DNA of 64,000 nucleotides. Source: Patescibacteria group bacterium (GTDB taxonomy: Bacteria > Patescibacteriota > Minisyncoccia > Phycocordibacterales > Phycocordibacteraceae). The DNA lies in contig JAGWVF010000006.1 in NCBI GenBank assembly GCA_018971045.1, forward strand, positions 176-64,175, read 5' to 3'. A program made the translations under genes and the position numbers. The notes under the pieces were generated by a model that did not search any database, was not told where the DNA came from, and saw only the letters and a list, made by a program, of their open reading frames with translations. Of this stretch, positions 9,724 through 19,109 are shown in pieces. The stretch's first letter is position 1. Every line of letters starts with the position of its first letter.

Positions 9724-9760
9724 ACCGGAAAATGTCGAGAAAATCGTGACTGTTAATGGC

Positions 9761-10522
9761 ATGGAAATTACAGCACAATCCAAAAATATACGTGTATTTT
9801 TTGCGGGACGGTGGTCACCGGAACAAGTTTCTTTTTCCAAAATATCTTCCTCACGCATGCTCAATGAGGTTGTGGAAGAAAAAGCAAAACAATCGTGGCT
9901 CTCGCTCTTGGGAGAATCCGAGAAAGAGAAAAGTAAATTGTGGGATAGCACTATCTATCGATTTGAAAATGCGTTTCTTAGAGAAAATGCACTGGAGATT
10001 CAGGCATCTACCATTCCTTTTTCCATCCGACTTGGTTTGAATCAGCACACAAAATTAGTGCATCAACTTGGCGAAGCTTATGCGCCACGCGGCATGTTCA
10101 CCTCTTGTTTAGTGAAGACGAGTGACCATCATCTTCTTTTTATAAAGAAATCAAAACACTATTTCACTCCGAAGAAATACTCATGGGTGGGAGGAGTCCT
10201 TTCAAATAGTGAACAAGAAATTACCAATGGTATCGATTTCTTTAACACTATGAGAAATGAAATACGAGAAGAAGTCGGCAGTAGCGCTATATCATCTCTT
10301 GAACTTCGAATAGGTTATTTGACAGAAAACTGGAACGTCTGTTTTTTATTTGTTGCAGAACTAAATATCAATATGCCGCAACTTTATAGAGTATTTCGAG
10401 AAAACAATGATGGTGAAGCTGCAGATCTCGTTAGTTTTTCTATATCAGACATACAAAATCAGATTCATATTTTTGAACCGAAAGATCAAATAAAATTTGC
10501 ACTTCTTGGCCTTGTTTCGTAG
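9761..10522 (+). CDS. NUDIX-like hydrolase
   Basis: WVGGVL...MRNEIREEVG degenerate NUDIX box; start placed at ATG 9761. Confidence 0.65.
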   Translation: MEITAQSKNIRVFFAGRWSPEQVSFSKISSSRMLNEVVEEKAKQSWLSLLGESEKEKSKLWDSTIYRFENAFLRENALEIQASTIPFSIRLGLNQHTKLVHQLGEAYAPRGMFTSCLVKTSDHHLLFIKKSKHYFTPKKYSWVGGVLSNSEQEITNGIDFFNTMRNEIREEVGSSAISSLELRIGYLTENWNVCFLFVAELNINMPQLYRVFRENNDGEAADLVSFSISDIQNQIHIFEPKDQIKFALLGLVS

Positions 10523-10547
10523 TCTAATGGGGGCAGAAGTTCCTCAT
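10523..10547 (+). repeat. 25-bp direct repeat, copy 1
   Basis: TCTAATGGGGGCAGAAGTTCCTCAT, identical to 11431-11455; begins immediately after the NUDIX stop codon. Confidence 0.95.
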
Positions 10548-10548
10548 T

Positions 10549-10668
10549 CCAGCTGATTTACCGTATGACGATGAACGTTTCGATGTCGTGTGCACTCGGG
10601 GCGTGCTGGTGTCGCATGTTGGCAAGAAATACGTGGGGCGGTTCATTCAAGAGCATCGCCGCGAGTAA
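10549..10668 (+). pseudogene. Class I SAM methyltransferase internal fragment
   Basis: Frame reads PADLPYDDERFDVVCTRGVLVSHVGKKYVGRFIQEHRRE*, with LP..D..FDVV motif and no start codon. Confidence 0.55.
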
Positions 10669-10714
10669 ACGCAGTCATGTGCAGAAAAATTAGTGCATAA
10701 TCATACATATATGT

Positions 10715-11266
10715 ATGTACGAAATTGAACATCGCGCCGTACTGAGCGAAGAAGCCTACCGAGAGCTAGCGGAGCGGCTTGCGCGCGAGGCGGTACTGCT
10801 TGGTTCAGACGACAAGGAGGTATCCTATTATATCTTCCCCGATAAACTCCTTAAGGTCGTGCGGAATGTCTCGAAGGGTACGGCGAAACTCTCCTTGAAG
10901 CTGACCGCACTTGGTGCCGGGTCTTCGTTCCGTGAATTCGAAGTCCTCTTCCCCGAAGAATCCTTCGAGACCATGAAGAATATCTGCGAGAACATCAGCA
11001 CGCCTGACCAGGTGATCAATGGGACACAGAAACGCACTAATTATGAATACCTTGGTGTAGAGATCGCACTCAAGTGGAGTGAAGACTGGGGTTATCATGT
11101 CGAATTCGAGATCATGGTCTCCGACCTCTCCGAGAAGGAGTCCGCAGATGCCCGTATCCGCGAAGCCGCCGCAGCGCTTGCCGTGCCCCTCATGACCGAA
11201 GAAGAGGTGGCTGCCTTCTCCGCGAAAGTAAGAGCGCAGAACAAGTCCTTGGGAACACGCTCGTGA
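10715..11266 (+). CDS. CYTH domain protein (class IV adenylate cyclase / triphosphate tunnel metalloenzyme)
   Basis: N-terminal EIEHR, KLSLK, E.EV, KRTNY, YHVEFE. Confidence 0.8.
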   Translation: MYEIEHRAVLSEEAYRELAERLAREAVLLGSDDKEVSYYIFPDKLLKVVRNVSKGTAKLSLKLTALGAGSSFREFEVLFPEESFETMKNICENISTPDQVINGTQKRTNYEYLGVEIALKWSEDWGYHVEFEIMVSDLSEKESADARIREAAAALAVPLMTEEEVAAFSAKVRAQNKSLGTRS

Positions 11267-11430
11267 TTGATGTCCTTGAAGCCGATCTATCAGGTACGCG
11301 GTGACTCCGCTAATGAAGAAATTGATAACTGGAAGTCGATAATATCCGTCGTTTATTACTATGTTGCTAGACCAAGTTCTGAGACATCATTAACTAAACC
11401 GCTTTTGATAAGATCCCTTACGCCATTTCC

Positions 11431-11455
11431 TCTAATGGGGGCAGAAGTTCCTCAT
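11431..11455 (+). repeat. 25-bp direct repeat, copy 2
   Basis: Identical to 10523-10547. Confidence 0.95.
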
Positions 11456-11559
11456 CCTCACCCATTATTCAGAGGCGAAAGAGTATCGGTCGCCACCGAG
11501 CTCAAGGATACGATCTGATAAAGGAAATCAAGGCGATTCGGTAGTACAATATCAGTACG

Positions 11560-12585
11560 ATGATTCCTCTCGATCGAAATGAGAGTTACTGGCTACTTGA
11601 TGATGAGCTCCTCGAGGCGGCGCGTGGCATAGGCGCGCGCGAACTCTCGACCTATCCGGATTATGGAGAGTTGAAAAGTGCTTTAGCGAGATATGCGGAT
11701 GTTGCTCCCGAACAAATACTCGTTACTCCCGGCTCTGACGCGGCAATAGAGTATATTGCTCGTGCGTATGCGGGGAGTGGGGGAGACGTGATACTTCCCG
11801 TACCGACATTTTATGGCTACGAATCTATTCTCGATCGCGTCGGATCGAAGATTATCCCGATCCTCTACAAAGAGGAGAATGGTCGTTTCATATTTCCGAT
11901 TACAGAAACAATCAATGCGCTCGCGAAGAGCTCCGCGAAAGTCTTATTTCTCTGCCACCCTAATAATCCGCTCGGGTGCCCGCTCTCACAAGACGACGTC
12001 TCGACTCTCGCGAGCGCACTGCGAGGATCCAACACAATCGTCGTATCAGATGAGGCGTATTTTGAATTTTCTTCTGGCGCATCACTTTTGCCGCATCTCG
12101 CTGAACTGCCGAACCTACTCATTATCCGTACGCTCTCAAAATCGTTCGCTCTCTCGGGTGCTCGCGTTGGGTATATAATCGCCGATCCGGACACTATAAA
12201 AAAGCTAGAGAAACTCATACTGCCGTGGCCGATCGCGCATCCGAGCGCCGCCACGGCACTCGCGCTTCTCGCGCAGGCAGAAAAAGTGAAGAGGCGGCGC
12301 GATAGGGTTATCGCTGAACTCGAGCATTTCAGAGAAGAAATGAAGCAGATTCCCGGTGTTGTCGTGTATCCCTCGGAGACGAATTTTGTTCTGGTACGAG
12401 TTCCAGACGCCGGGCGTACACGCGAGGCGCTTCTCGCGCAAGGTATACGGGTCGCGCTTGGTGAGTCGATGAGCCGTTTTCCCGAAGCAAAGAAGCTTTT
12501 GAGAGATACCTTGCGCATTGCGACGCCCGCACCCGCTGATCGCTCTGCCGTCATAGCCGCTTTCTCGCGCCTATTCACAACATAA
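11560..12585 (+). CDS. PLP-dependent class I/II aminotransferase (HisC-like)
   Basis: LDRNE, YPD, GSDAAI, PNNPLG, DEAY, RTLSKSFALSGARVGY. Confidence 0.9.
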   Translation: MIPLDRNESYWLLDDELLEAARGIGARELSTYPDYGELKSALARYADVAPEQILVTPGSDAAIEYIARAYAGSGGDVILPVPTFYGYESILDRVGSKIIPILYKEENGRFIFPITETINALAKSSAKVLFLCHPNNPLGCPLSQDDVSTLASALRGSNTIVVSDEAYFEFSSGASLLPHLAELPNLLIIRTLSKSFALSGARVGYIIADPDTIKKLEKLILPWPIAHPSAATALALLAQAEKVKRRRDRVIAELEHFREEMKQIPGVVVYPSETNFVLVRVPDAGRTREALLAQGIRVALGESMSRFPEAKKLLRDTLRIATPAPADRSAVIAAFSRLFTT

Positions 12586-12611
12586 GGTTTATGTGTTAGT
12601 GTTCCCGCATC

Positions 12612-14165
12612 ATGCGTACCAGCCGCTTGCCGGCCCATACCGTGAGGAAGACTGCGGCACGGTCCCGCCCCTCCGCTGTTTCCGCCTCTTTCCTCGCAAA
12701 AGTGCATGTTAACGGAAGCGCCGACTGGCAACGATCGGACAAGAGCCACCTCCTCGCTCTTTTTAAAAAGATGGCGATCGGGATTCCGGCGTATCGGAAA
12801 TTTCTTCGCGAAAACGGGATACGCCGTGAAGCTGTAAAAACGATAGAAGACTTCTCCTCCGTTCCAGCGATAACAAAGCAGAACTATTTGCGGAAGTACT
12901 CTCCAGCCGAGCTTCTATGGAACGGCTCGACCTGTTCCGGACACGTTCTTACCTCGACCTCGGGCTCAACGGGGAAGCCCACCTACTTTGCCCGTTCTCA
13001 CGAGGTCGACGAGCACTCCTCTTTTATTCATGAACTCATTTTCCGTACCAGCTCTCTGAAGAAAGATAAGTCAACGCTCGTGATCGTCTGTTTCGGTATG
13101 GGGGTATGGATCGGCGGGCTTATTACCTATCAGGCGTTCGAGCTCATGGGCCGTCGAGGATACCCGATATCGATCCTCACGCCGGGCATAAATAAAGCCG
13201 AGATTCTGAAGGCGCTGACCGATTTGGCGCCGCAGTATGACCAAGTCATACTCGCGGGGTACCCCCCGTTTCTTAAAGACGTGATCGATGAAGCCCTCGC
13301 CCAGGGCTTTTCTTTTGCCAATCATCGCATGATGCTTCTTTTTGCCGCGGAGGCATTTACCGAAACGTTTCGAGAGTACCTCGCCAAGAAAGTCGGCATT
13401 GAGAATGTCCTTACCGATGCGATTAATATCTACGGAAGCGCCGATATCGGCTCGATGGCGTTTGAAACGCCGCTCTCCATCCTCGCGCGCCGTCTCGCGC
13501 TGAAAGACGAAAAATTATTTGCCGATATTTTCGGTAATACCACGAAGACTCCGACCTTTGCGCAATATGTTCCTGAATTCGTATCGTTTGAGGCGCCCAA
13601 CGGCGAGATCCTCATATCGGGAGATAGCGCTCTCCCGCTCCTTCGCTACTCGATCGGCGATCATGGCGGGGTATACACCTTCCGCGATCTTGTTGAACGA
13701 TACAAGGCACACGGAGTGGATCTGATGAAAGAGGCACAAGCCGCCGGTATCAGGAGACAAGTCTACGAATTGCCGTTCGTGTACGTCTTTGAGCGTATTG
13801 ATCTCGCCACGACTCTCTACGGACTGCAGGTGTATCCAGAAACTATCAAAGAGGTTTTACTCAATAAGCAATACGTCGACACTCTGACCGGCAAGCTCAC
13901 GCTCATTACGAAATACGACGATAATCAGGACCAGTATCTCGAGATCAATATCGAGCAGAAACCGAAGAAAGAGGTAAGCAAGGCGCTCGAGTCGGATCTG
14001 CTCGCGGAGATCGTGAAAGGCCTGCGCGAGAAGAACTCGGAATATCGCGAGCTTTCGAAATTTCTCGGGAAGCGCGCAGAACCGAAGCTCATCTTTTGGC
14101 CGTATGAGGACCCGCTTTATTTCAAACCGGGCACCAAACAGCCGTGGGTGGTGCGTCAGGCGTAA
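12612..14165 (+). CDS. Phenylacetate-CoA ligase (PaaK)-like adenylate-forming enzyme
   Basis: TSTSGSTGKP P-loop, GYPPF, IYGSAD, PLLRYSIGD. Confidence 0.85.
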   Translation: MRTSRLPAHTVRKTAARSRPSAVSASFLAKVHVNGSADWQRSDKSHLLALFKKMAIGIPAYRKFLRENGIRREAVKTIEDFSSVPAITKQNYLRKYSPAELLWNGSTCSGHVLTSTSGSTGKPTYFARSHEVDEHSSFIHELIFRTSSLKKDKSTLVIVCFGMGVWIGGLITYQAFELMGRRGYPISILTPGINKAEILKALTDLAPQYDQVILAGYPPFLKDVIDEALAQGFSFANHRMMLLFAAEAFTETFREYLAKKVGIENVLTDAINIYGSADIGSMAFETPLSILARRLALKDEKLFADIFGNTTKTPTFAQYVPEFVSFEAPNGEILISGDSALPLLRYSIGDHGGVYTFRDLVERYKAHGVDLMKEAQAAGIRRQVYELPFVYVFERIDLATTLYGLQVYPETIKEVLLNKQYVDTLTGKLTLITKYDDNQDQYLEINIEQKPKKEVSKALESDLLAEIVKGLREKNSEYRELSKFLGKRAEPKLIFWPYEDPLYFKPGTKQPWVVRQA

Positions 14166-14262
14166 AACAATCTTCACTACTTTCTGAATCTCTCTAATTT
14201 GCACGTATTTGAGCATCAAGGCGCCGTGCTTCTTCCCACGCCAGATCAAAAGTCTCCTTCAT
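14142..14262 (+). repeat. ~121-bp direct repeat, copy 1 (paaK-like 3' end + intergenic + copy of trmB 3' end)
   Basis: Near-identical to 16247-16368 (a few substitutions and one indel). Confidence 0.95.
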
Positions 14263-14438
14263 GTGTCTAACACATGAAATTCTGCTCTTGCATTTTCTGT
14301 AAAATGCATCATAATGGTAAACAGGTTATTGAGTAGTTTAAACAATCGATCTTTTGAAAGGAGACCGGAATATGGATTCTCATCTGAGAGTCGGTTCTAT
14401 CAGATTGCGCCCGCAGAAACAAGTTTATAATCAGTAAA

Positions 14439-16241
14439 ATGAATACAGCATACAGCATCGAAGATTTTCTAGAAGTAAAGTCTGCTGGAGGGGCGAGTTT
14501 TAGTCCTGATGGTACGCGGATTGCGTATCTGAGTAACACTACGGGGACATCCCAAATCTTTCTTTTACCCACTGAAGGAGGTGAATCTGAACAACTTACT
14601 GATTTCCAAGATTATGTCTCTTTCGCGCGATTCTCTCCGACCGAGAATATGCTCATATTTGGAAAGGCGGAAGGCGGGAATGAACAGACGCAGCTCTACC
14701 TGTTAGATATTAAGACTCGACAAATCACCAGCATCACGGCGAAGCCTGACGCGAGACATGATTTTGGCGGATGGTCTCCAGATGGGAAGAGCATCTGCTT
14801 CACCTCGAATGAAAGAAATGGAAAGGACTTCGATGTGTACGTAATGGACATCGCGACGCTTAAAAAACGTTGCGTCTTCGATAGGGGTGGGTGGTGTGTC
14901 GCTGAGGGATTTTCTCCACGGGGTACGTATGTTGTCGTACGAGAGAAGCGCTCAGCCGCGAACACTGACCAATACCTTTGCAATCTTAAGACAGGCGTTG
15001 TTGAACACATTACCCCCCACAAGGGAGACGCGTTTTATGCCGGATCATCATGGCTTCCCGATGAATCTGCCTTTTTTCTCATTCAGGATCAAGAAAGAGA
15101 ATTCGCAGGCCTCGCTCGCTATTCGCTTTCTGAAAGAAAATCTGACTACGTTCTTGCTCCGGATTGGGATGTCGAAGGAGTCGTCATAGACAGAGCTGGT
15201 AAGAATATAGCCGTCATCGTAAATGAAGGCGGGTATCAACGAATGACGATATATGATACCTCTCGATTCGAGGTTCGTTCTTGCCGTCTGTCGGCGGGTA
15301 ATGTCTATCAGGCAAGATTTTCCGAGAGCGGATTGCAAATTGCATTCAGCTTAGGAGACTCGCGCCGGACATCAGATGTTTGGATATTGGACTTAGAAAC
15401 AGGAGACTCGCGGCAGATCACACGCAGTTACCAGGGTGTCCCGCCAGAAGTCATGGTTGAGCCAGAACTCATCCAGTTTAAATCGTTCGATGGACTTCTA
15501 ATCCCGGCCTTCTCCTATAGACCGAAGGGAATAAAACGAGGGATGAGAGTCCCCGTGATTATCAATATTCACGGAGGTCCTGAGGCCCAATACCAGCCGG
15601 TATACCAGCCGGTGATACAGTACTTGGTGCACAGCAGTGGGTACGTAGTGGTTGCGCCGAATGTACGAGGCAGCTCCGGGTATGGGAAATCGTACATGGC
15701 ACTTGATAATGTGGAGAGGCGCCTAGATTCGGTGAAAGATATTGTTGCGTTACGTGATCACATTGTTGGGATATTTGAAGGGGACGCTACAGAAATTGCA
15801 TTATTCGGAGGAAGCTACGGAGGATTCATGGTGCTCGCATGTTTGGCATTCTATCCGAAGCTTTGGACAGCGGGGGTCGATGTTGTGGGCATCGTTAACT
15901 TTGTTACCTTTCTTGAAAACACGGCCGCGTATCGACGAGCCTTACGCGAGGCTGAATACGGCTCACTCGAAAACGATAGGGAGTTTTTGGAAAAAATATC
16001 CCCTATCCACTCGATTGAAAAGATAGAAGCGCCGCTGTTTGTCATCCATGGTGCAAATGATCCGAGAGTTCCGCTCTCCGAAGCAGAACAGGTGGTAGAA
16101 AGACTTAGGGGGGTCGGCAGGCATGTTGAATTGCTCGTCTATCCGGATGAGGGGCACGGAATCACGAAGCTTAAGAATAAGCTCGATGCATATCCAAGAG
16201 TGGTCGAATTCTTAACTGTCAACCTTGGACGTTCAGGATAA
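14439..16241 (+). CDS. S9 family peptidase (acylaminoacyl / prolyl oligopeptidase, beta-propeller + hydrolase)
   Basis: FSPDG propeller repeats, IHGGPE, NVRGSSGYG, GGSYGG, HGANDPRV, DEGHG. Confidence 0.92.
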   Translation: MNTAYSIEDFLEVKSAGGASFSPDGTRIAYLSNTTGTSQIFLLPTEGGESEQLTDFQDYVSFARFSPTENMLIFGKAEGGNEQTQLYLLDIKTRQITSITAKPDARHDFGGWSPDGKSICFTSNERNGKDFDVYVMDIATLKKRCVFDRGGWCVAEGFSPRGTYVVVREKRSAANTDQYLCNLKTGVVEHITPHKGDAFYAGSSWLPDESAFFLIQDQEREFAGLARYSLSERKSDYVLAPDWDVEGVVIDRAGKNIAVIVNEGGYQRMTIYDTSRFEVRSCRLSAGNVYQARFSESGLQIAFSLGDSRRTSDVWILDLETGDSRQITRSYQGVPPEVMVEPELIQFKSFDGLLIPAFSYRPKGIKRGMRVPVIINIHGGPEAQYQPVYQPVIQYLVHSSGYVVVAPNVRGSSGYGKSYMALDNVERRLDSVKDIVALRDHIVGIFEGDATEIALFGGSYGGFMVLACLAFYPKLWTAGVDVVGIVNFVTFLENTAAYRRALREAEYGSLENDREFLEKISPIHSIEKIEAPLFVIHGANDPRVPLSEAEQVVERLRGVGRHVELLVYPDEGHGITKLKNKLDAYPRVVEFLTVNLGRSG

Positions 16242-16246
16242 AACGT

Positions 16247-16368
16247 CCGTGGGTGGCGCGTCAGGCGTAAAACAATCTTCACTATATTTCTGAATCTCTC
16301 TAATTTGCACGTATTTGAGCATCAAGGCGCTGTGCTTCTTCCCACGCCAGATCAAAAGTCTCCTTCAT
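16247..16368 (+). repeat. ~122-bp direct repeat, copy 2
   Basis: Matches 14142-14262; begins 5 nt after the S9 stop and contains the functional trmB 3' end. Confidence 0.95.
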
Positions 16369-17046
16369 TATTTCAGCAAAATATGTATCCTCGATAATAA
16401 CGGCAAACTCCTCACGTCCGGACACGAGGACTATCTTATTGTCATAAATGCGAATATCCGAAGTGAAGTTGTATTGTTTAGCTGGTATGAGGCGAATAAA
16501 GGTTTCTCCCTGCGGCTGCGGCATCACCTTTCCCTTGTAAGGAGAAATAATCTGTACCACCTGTTCTTTCTTGCTATAAGAAATAGTGGGGATAACTGCG
16601 AAGGCCCGCACCGCCTCTCCGGACTTCATCATCGCAAGATCATGTACGGCTGTTTCGACGCCCTCCTTCCCCTCATAGAATTTTACTCTTGGATGAAACA
16701 TAAGTGCTGGAGATAGGGCAGTAAGTTCAGGAATAAGGTTATCAATATCTTGATGAATCTTTGCTTGCTTTTGCTCAATAGCCACAGCTTCTTTTAGAAG
16801 CGTGTCTGGATTAACGGCCTCATATATACTGACGCCTTTAGCATCTTCCGCTTTCTCTATAAGACCCTTGTTAATGAGCGATTCTAGAGCTACATATGTG
16901 GAACTCCTATTAATATCAGCTCTCTTTGAAAGAAGTTGAGCGGACAGCGCGCCAGACTCAATGGCAGTCAAGTAAACAATTGCTTCTCTTTCAGTCAAAC
17001 CAAACCCGATTAGCTGAGTAACGATGGTTTTGTCTGGAGATATCAT
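16300..17046 (-). CDS. TrmB-family transcriptional regulator
   Basis: GLTEREAIVY...INRSSTYVALESLINKGLI HTH; P.VKFYEGKEG; IYDNKI. Confidence 0.88.
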   Translation of the reverse strand: MISPDKTIVTQLIGFGLTEREAIVYLTAIESGALSAQLLSKRADINRSSTYVALESLINKGLIEKAEDAKGVSIYEAVNPDTLLKEAVAIEQKQAKIHQDIDNLIPELTALSPALMFHPRVKFYEGKEGVETAVHDLAMMKSGEAVRAFAVIPTISYSKKEQVVQIISPYKGKVMPQPQGETFIRLIPAKQYNFTSDIRIYDNKIVLVSGREEFAVIIEDTYFAEIMKETFDLAWEEAQRLDAQIRAN

Positions 17047-17816
17047 ATTTTATCCACACGGTAGCGCCTGGCTTCTTGTTGAGCGAGGTCGAACGCAACC
17101 TTCATCACCTCAGCTATTTCCTTGCTTTGTATCGAAACAGCAAAGGCTGGGTTATGCGACATAAAGGCAACCTTATCGTCAAAGACGGCAAAATCAGAAG
17201 GAAATTTGAAACACTCGTCAGGTATCAGAGTGATTTCATCAAAATTCGTAGGAGTCTTTTTAATCATTTCTCGTGCCGCGTAATCATCAGGATGGATACC
17301 CCTCATCTTCAAACCTAGAGCCAGTCTGTCCCGCACGTAAATAGGCAGATAGTCTGGTAAGCTGTTAAAGATATTACTTACGGAGGAGAAAACGCGCATC
17401 ATCTTTTCTTTAGAAGCGAGAGTACTTTCAAACCCTTTTCTCAGACCCGCCGCTCCTTCAAGAACTTCTATTTTTGGTTTGAACCGAGAACTCTTATGTG
17501 CCGAACGAAGAGTAGGGGAGAGAGTCGCGAGATTCTGGAGCAAGAGCGTCGATTGCTCCAACTTCTCTTTTGCTGCAAGTGCCAAACGTTCAGGAGGGGC
17601 AGCCGCATATCGCCTCACGGGTTTCTCGTTCACTATGTTCACAAAACCCCGTTTCATTAGACGATCGAGTACAACATACATTGAGCTACGATTAACGCTT
17701 GTTTGATTCGAAATTTCCTGCACGGTTGCAGTCCCAGCGCTCAAAAGAGCTAAGTATACAGCCGCGTCCTTCTCGGGGAGGTCAAGTGCAGAGAGTCTTT
17801 TGGTGAGGGGTGTCAT
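17043..17816 (-). CDS. TrmB-family transcriptional regulator
   Basis: LPEKDAAVY...VNRSSMYVVLDRLMKRGFV HTH; PKIEVLEG; VFDDKVAF; start at MTPLTK. Confidence 0.88.
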   Translation of the reverse strand: MTPLTKRLSALDLPEKDAAVYLALLSAGTATVQEISNQTSVNRSSMYVVLDRLMKRGFVNIVNEKPVRRYAAAPPERLALAAKEKLEQSTLLLQNLATLSPTLRSAHKSSRFKPKIEVLEGAAGLRKGFESTLASKEKMMRVFSSVSNIFNSLPDYLPIYVRDRLALGLKMRGIHPDDYAAREMIKKTPTNFDEITLIPDECFKFPSDFAVFDDKVAFMSHNPAFAVSIQSKEIAEVMKVAFDLAQQEARRYRVDKI

Positions 17817-18034
17817 GGGGTCCCAACAGCATAGAATCCAAATGGTTCGCGTGTTGTCAGATATTAGCAACAAATACCAGCAAGAGCAAATAAACCAGAA
17901 GCCTATGCGTGACGACTTGTGTACACATTTTCAACTCCGTTTTGAAGACGTTTCAAATAGGTTGTTTTTCTTTGACAACATATCAAATCAACACAAACTG
18001 ATTCTTGTTATGAATTTACTAAGGCAGGAGAAAT

Positions 18035-18385
18035 ATGAGTAAAGAAGGTACGAACCCAAGATTTTCCTTTAGGAAGGACAGGTTTTTTCGTGACCGCGAA
18101 AGCTACGCTGAATGGTGGGCAATTGTGTGTCTTGGTTGTGCAGAAGAAGTATTACTCTATCAAAAAGACGGACATGGGAAACTATATCGCTGTTATTTAA
18201 ATCGCATTTTTGCTCCTGCAAAATATGCAGATCTCCAATATGACCAAACGATGACGATAAAGAAATTGCCGAATCTAACTTGTCCCCGATGCAACTTGCT
18301 CCTAGGCATACCAATGCTTCATTGGGAGGGAAGGCTTGCTTATCGATTGATAAAAGATCGCTGGGGAAAACGAAGGGAGAAGTAA
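18035..18385 (+). CDS. Small Zn-binding protein (two CxxC pairs, YQKDG motif)
   Basis: CLGC...YQKDGHGKLYRCYLNRI...CPRC..LLG; AGGAG SD. Confidence 0.75.
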   Translation: MSKEGTNPRFSFRKDRFFRDRESYAEWWAIVCLGCAEEVLLYQKDGHGKLYRCYLNRIFAPAKYADLQYDQTMTIKKLPNLTCPRCNLLLGIPMLHWEGRLAYRLIKDRWGKRREK

Positions 18386-18389
18386 TTCG

Positions 18390-19109
18390 ATGAGTGGAAA
18401 TTATAAAAATACGGTGCAGATTGCACGGAAAACGCTTATCCCAAAGGAAAGGCGGGTGCAAGTCACTGAAGGGGAATTAAGTAAGTATTTACATGTCACA
18501 CGAAGAGGCGTTGGTCCGATTCATACGCCATACGGTTATTTTTGGCAATACGACTTTCATATCGACGATAAATGGGGAAAGTATTCTGTCCTAGTGCGTG
18601 CCCAAGTGGATAAAGAATACAATCCAATTTTTCTTAACAATGAACTATTACTACGCATAGATTCTGGCTGTGAGACGGGACAGCTGTTTCATGACAATAC
18701 CTGTGAGTGTCGTGAACAATTGCACGAGGCATTAAAGAAGATTAATGAACATGGAGAGGGTATGATTATACACGTACCTTCTCAGGATGGGCGTGGAGGC
18801 GGGTTGGCATTTAAACTAGCAACTCTTCTTCTAGAAAAAGACTTGGGATTGAACACGGTAGAGGCCGCTCGTATTCTTGCTAATAATGAGGAGATTGATC
18901 TCCGGACCTATGGAGGGGTTGTTGGCATTCTGAAATTTTTTAGAGCAAAGCGGAACATATTGCTCATGACAAACAATCCCCACAAAATCTCCACTCTCAA
19001 AGAGAATAGATACAAGATATTGCGTACATCCATTCTCATTCCCCCAACACGCTTTACCAAGAAGCATTTACGAGCAAAAAAGATAGAGCTCGGCCATCTC
19101 CTTCCATGA
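18390..19109 (+). CDS. GTP cyclohydrolase II (RibA)-like protein, non-canonical
   Basis: RIDSGCETG...CECREQL Zn ligands, QDGRG.GL, D.R.Y, MTNNPHK, K..LGHLL. Confidence 0.88.
   Translation: MSGNYKNTVQIARKTLIPKERRVQVTEGELSKYLHVTRRGVGPIHTPYGYFWQYDFHIDDKWGKYSVLVRAQVDKEYNPIFLNNELLLRIDSGCETGQLFHDNTCECREQLHEALKKINEHGEGMIIHVPSQDGRGGGLAFKLATLLLEKDLGLNTVEAARILANNEEIDLRTYGGVVGILKFFRAKRNILLMTNNPHKISTLKENRYKILRTSILIPPTRFTKKHLRAKKIELGHLLP

Noticed and set aside
9587-9760. N-terminal extension of the NUDIX ORF overlapping the C39-like gene
   Set aside because: It overlaps the preceding gene by more than 130 bp; ATG 9761 is more plausible.
11560-14165. hisC and paaK as histidine-biosynthesis and phenylacetate-catabolism genes
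   Set aside because: No other his or paa genes in the window; family-level calls only, so gene symbols were withheld.
14265-14438. Canonical integron attC site (GTCTAAC matches RYYYAAC)
   Set aside because: No complementary GTTRRRY core at a suitable distance and no IntI in the window; kept only as part of the junction-motif hypothesis.
17049-17057. DnaA box TTATCCACA
   Set aside because: A single copy inside the trmB coding sequence; likely chance.
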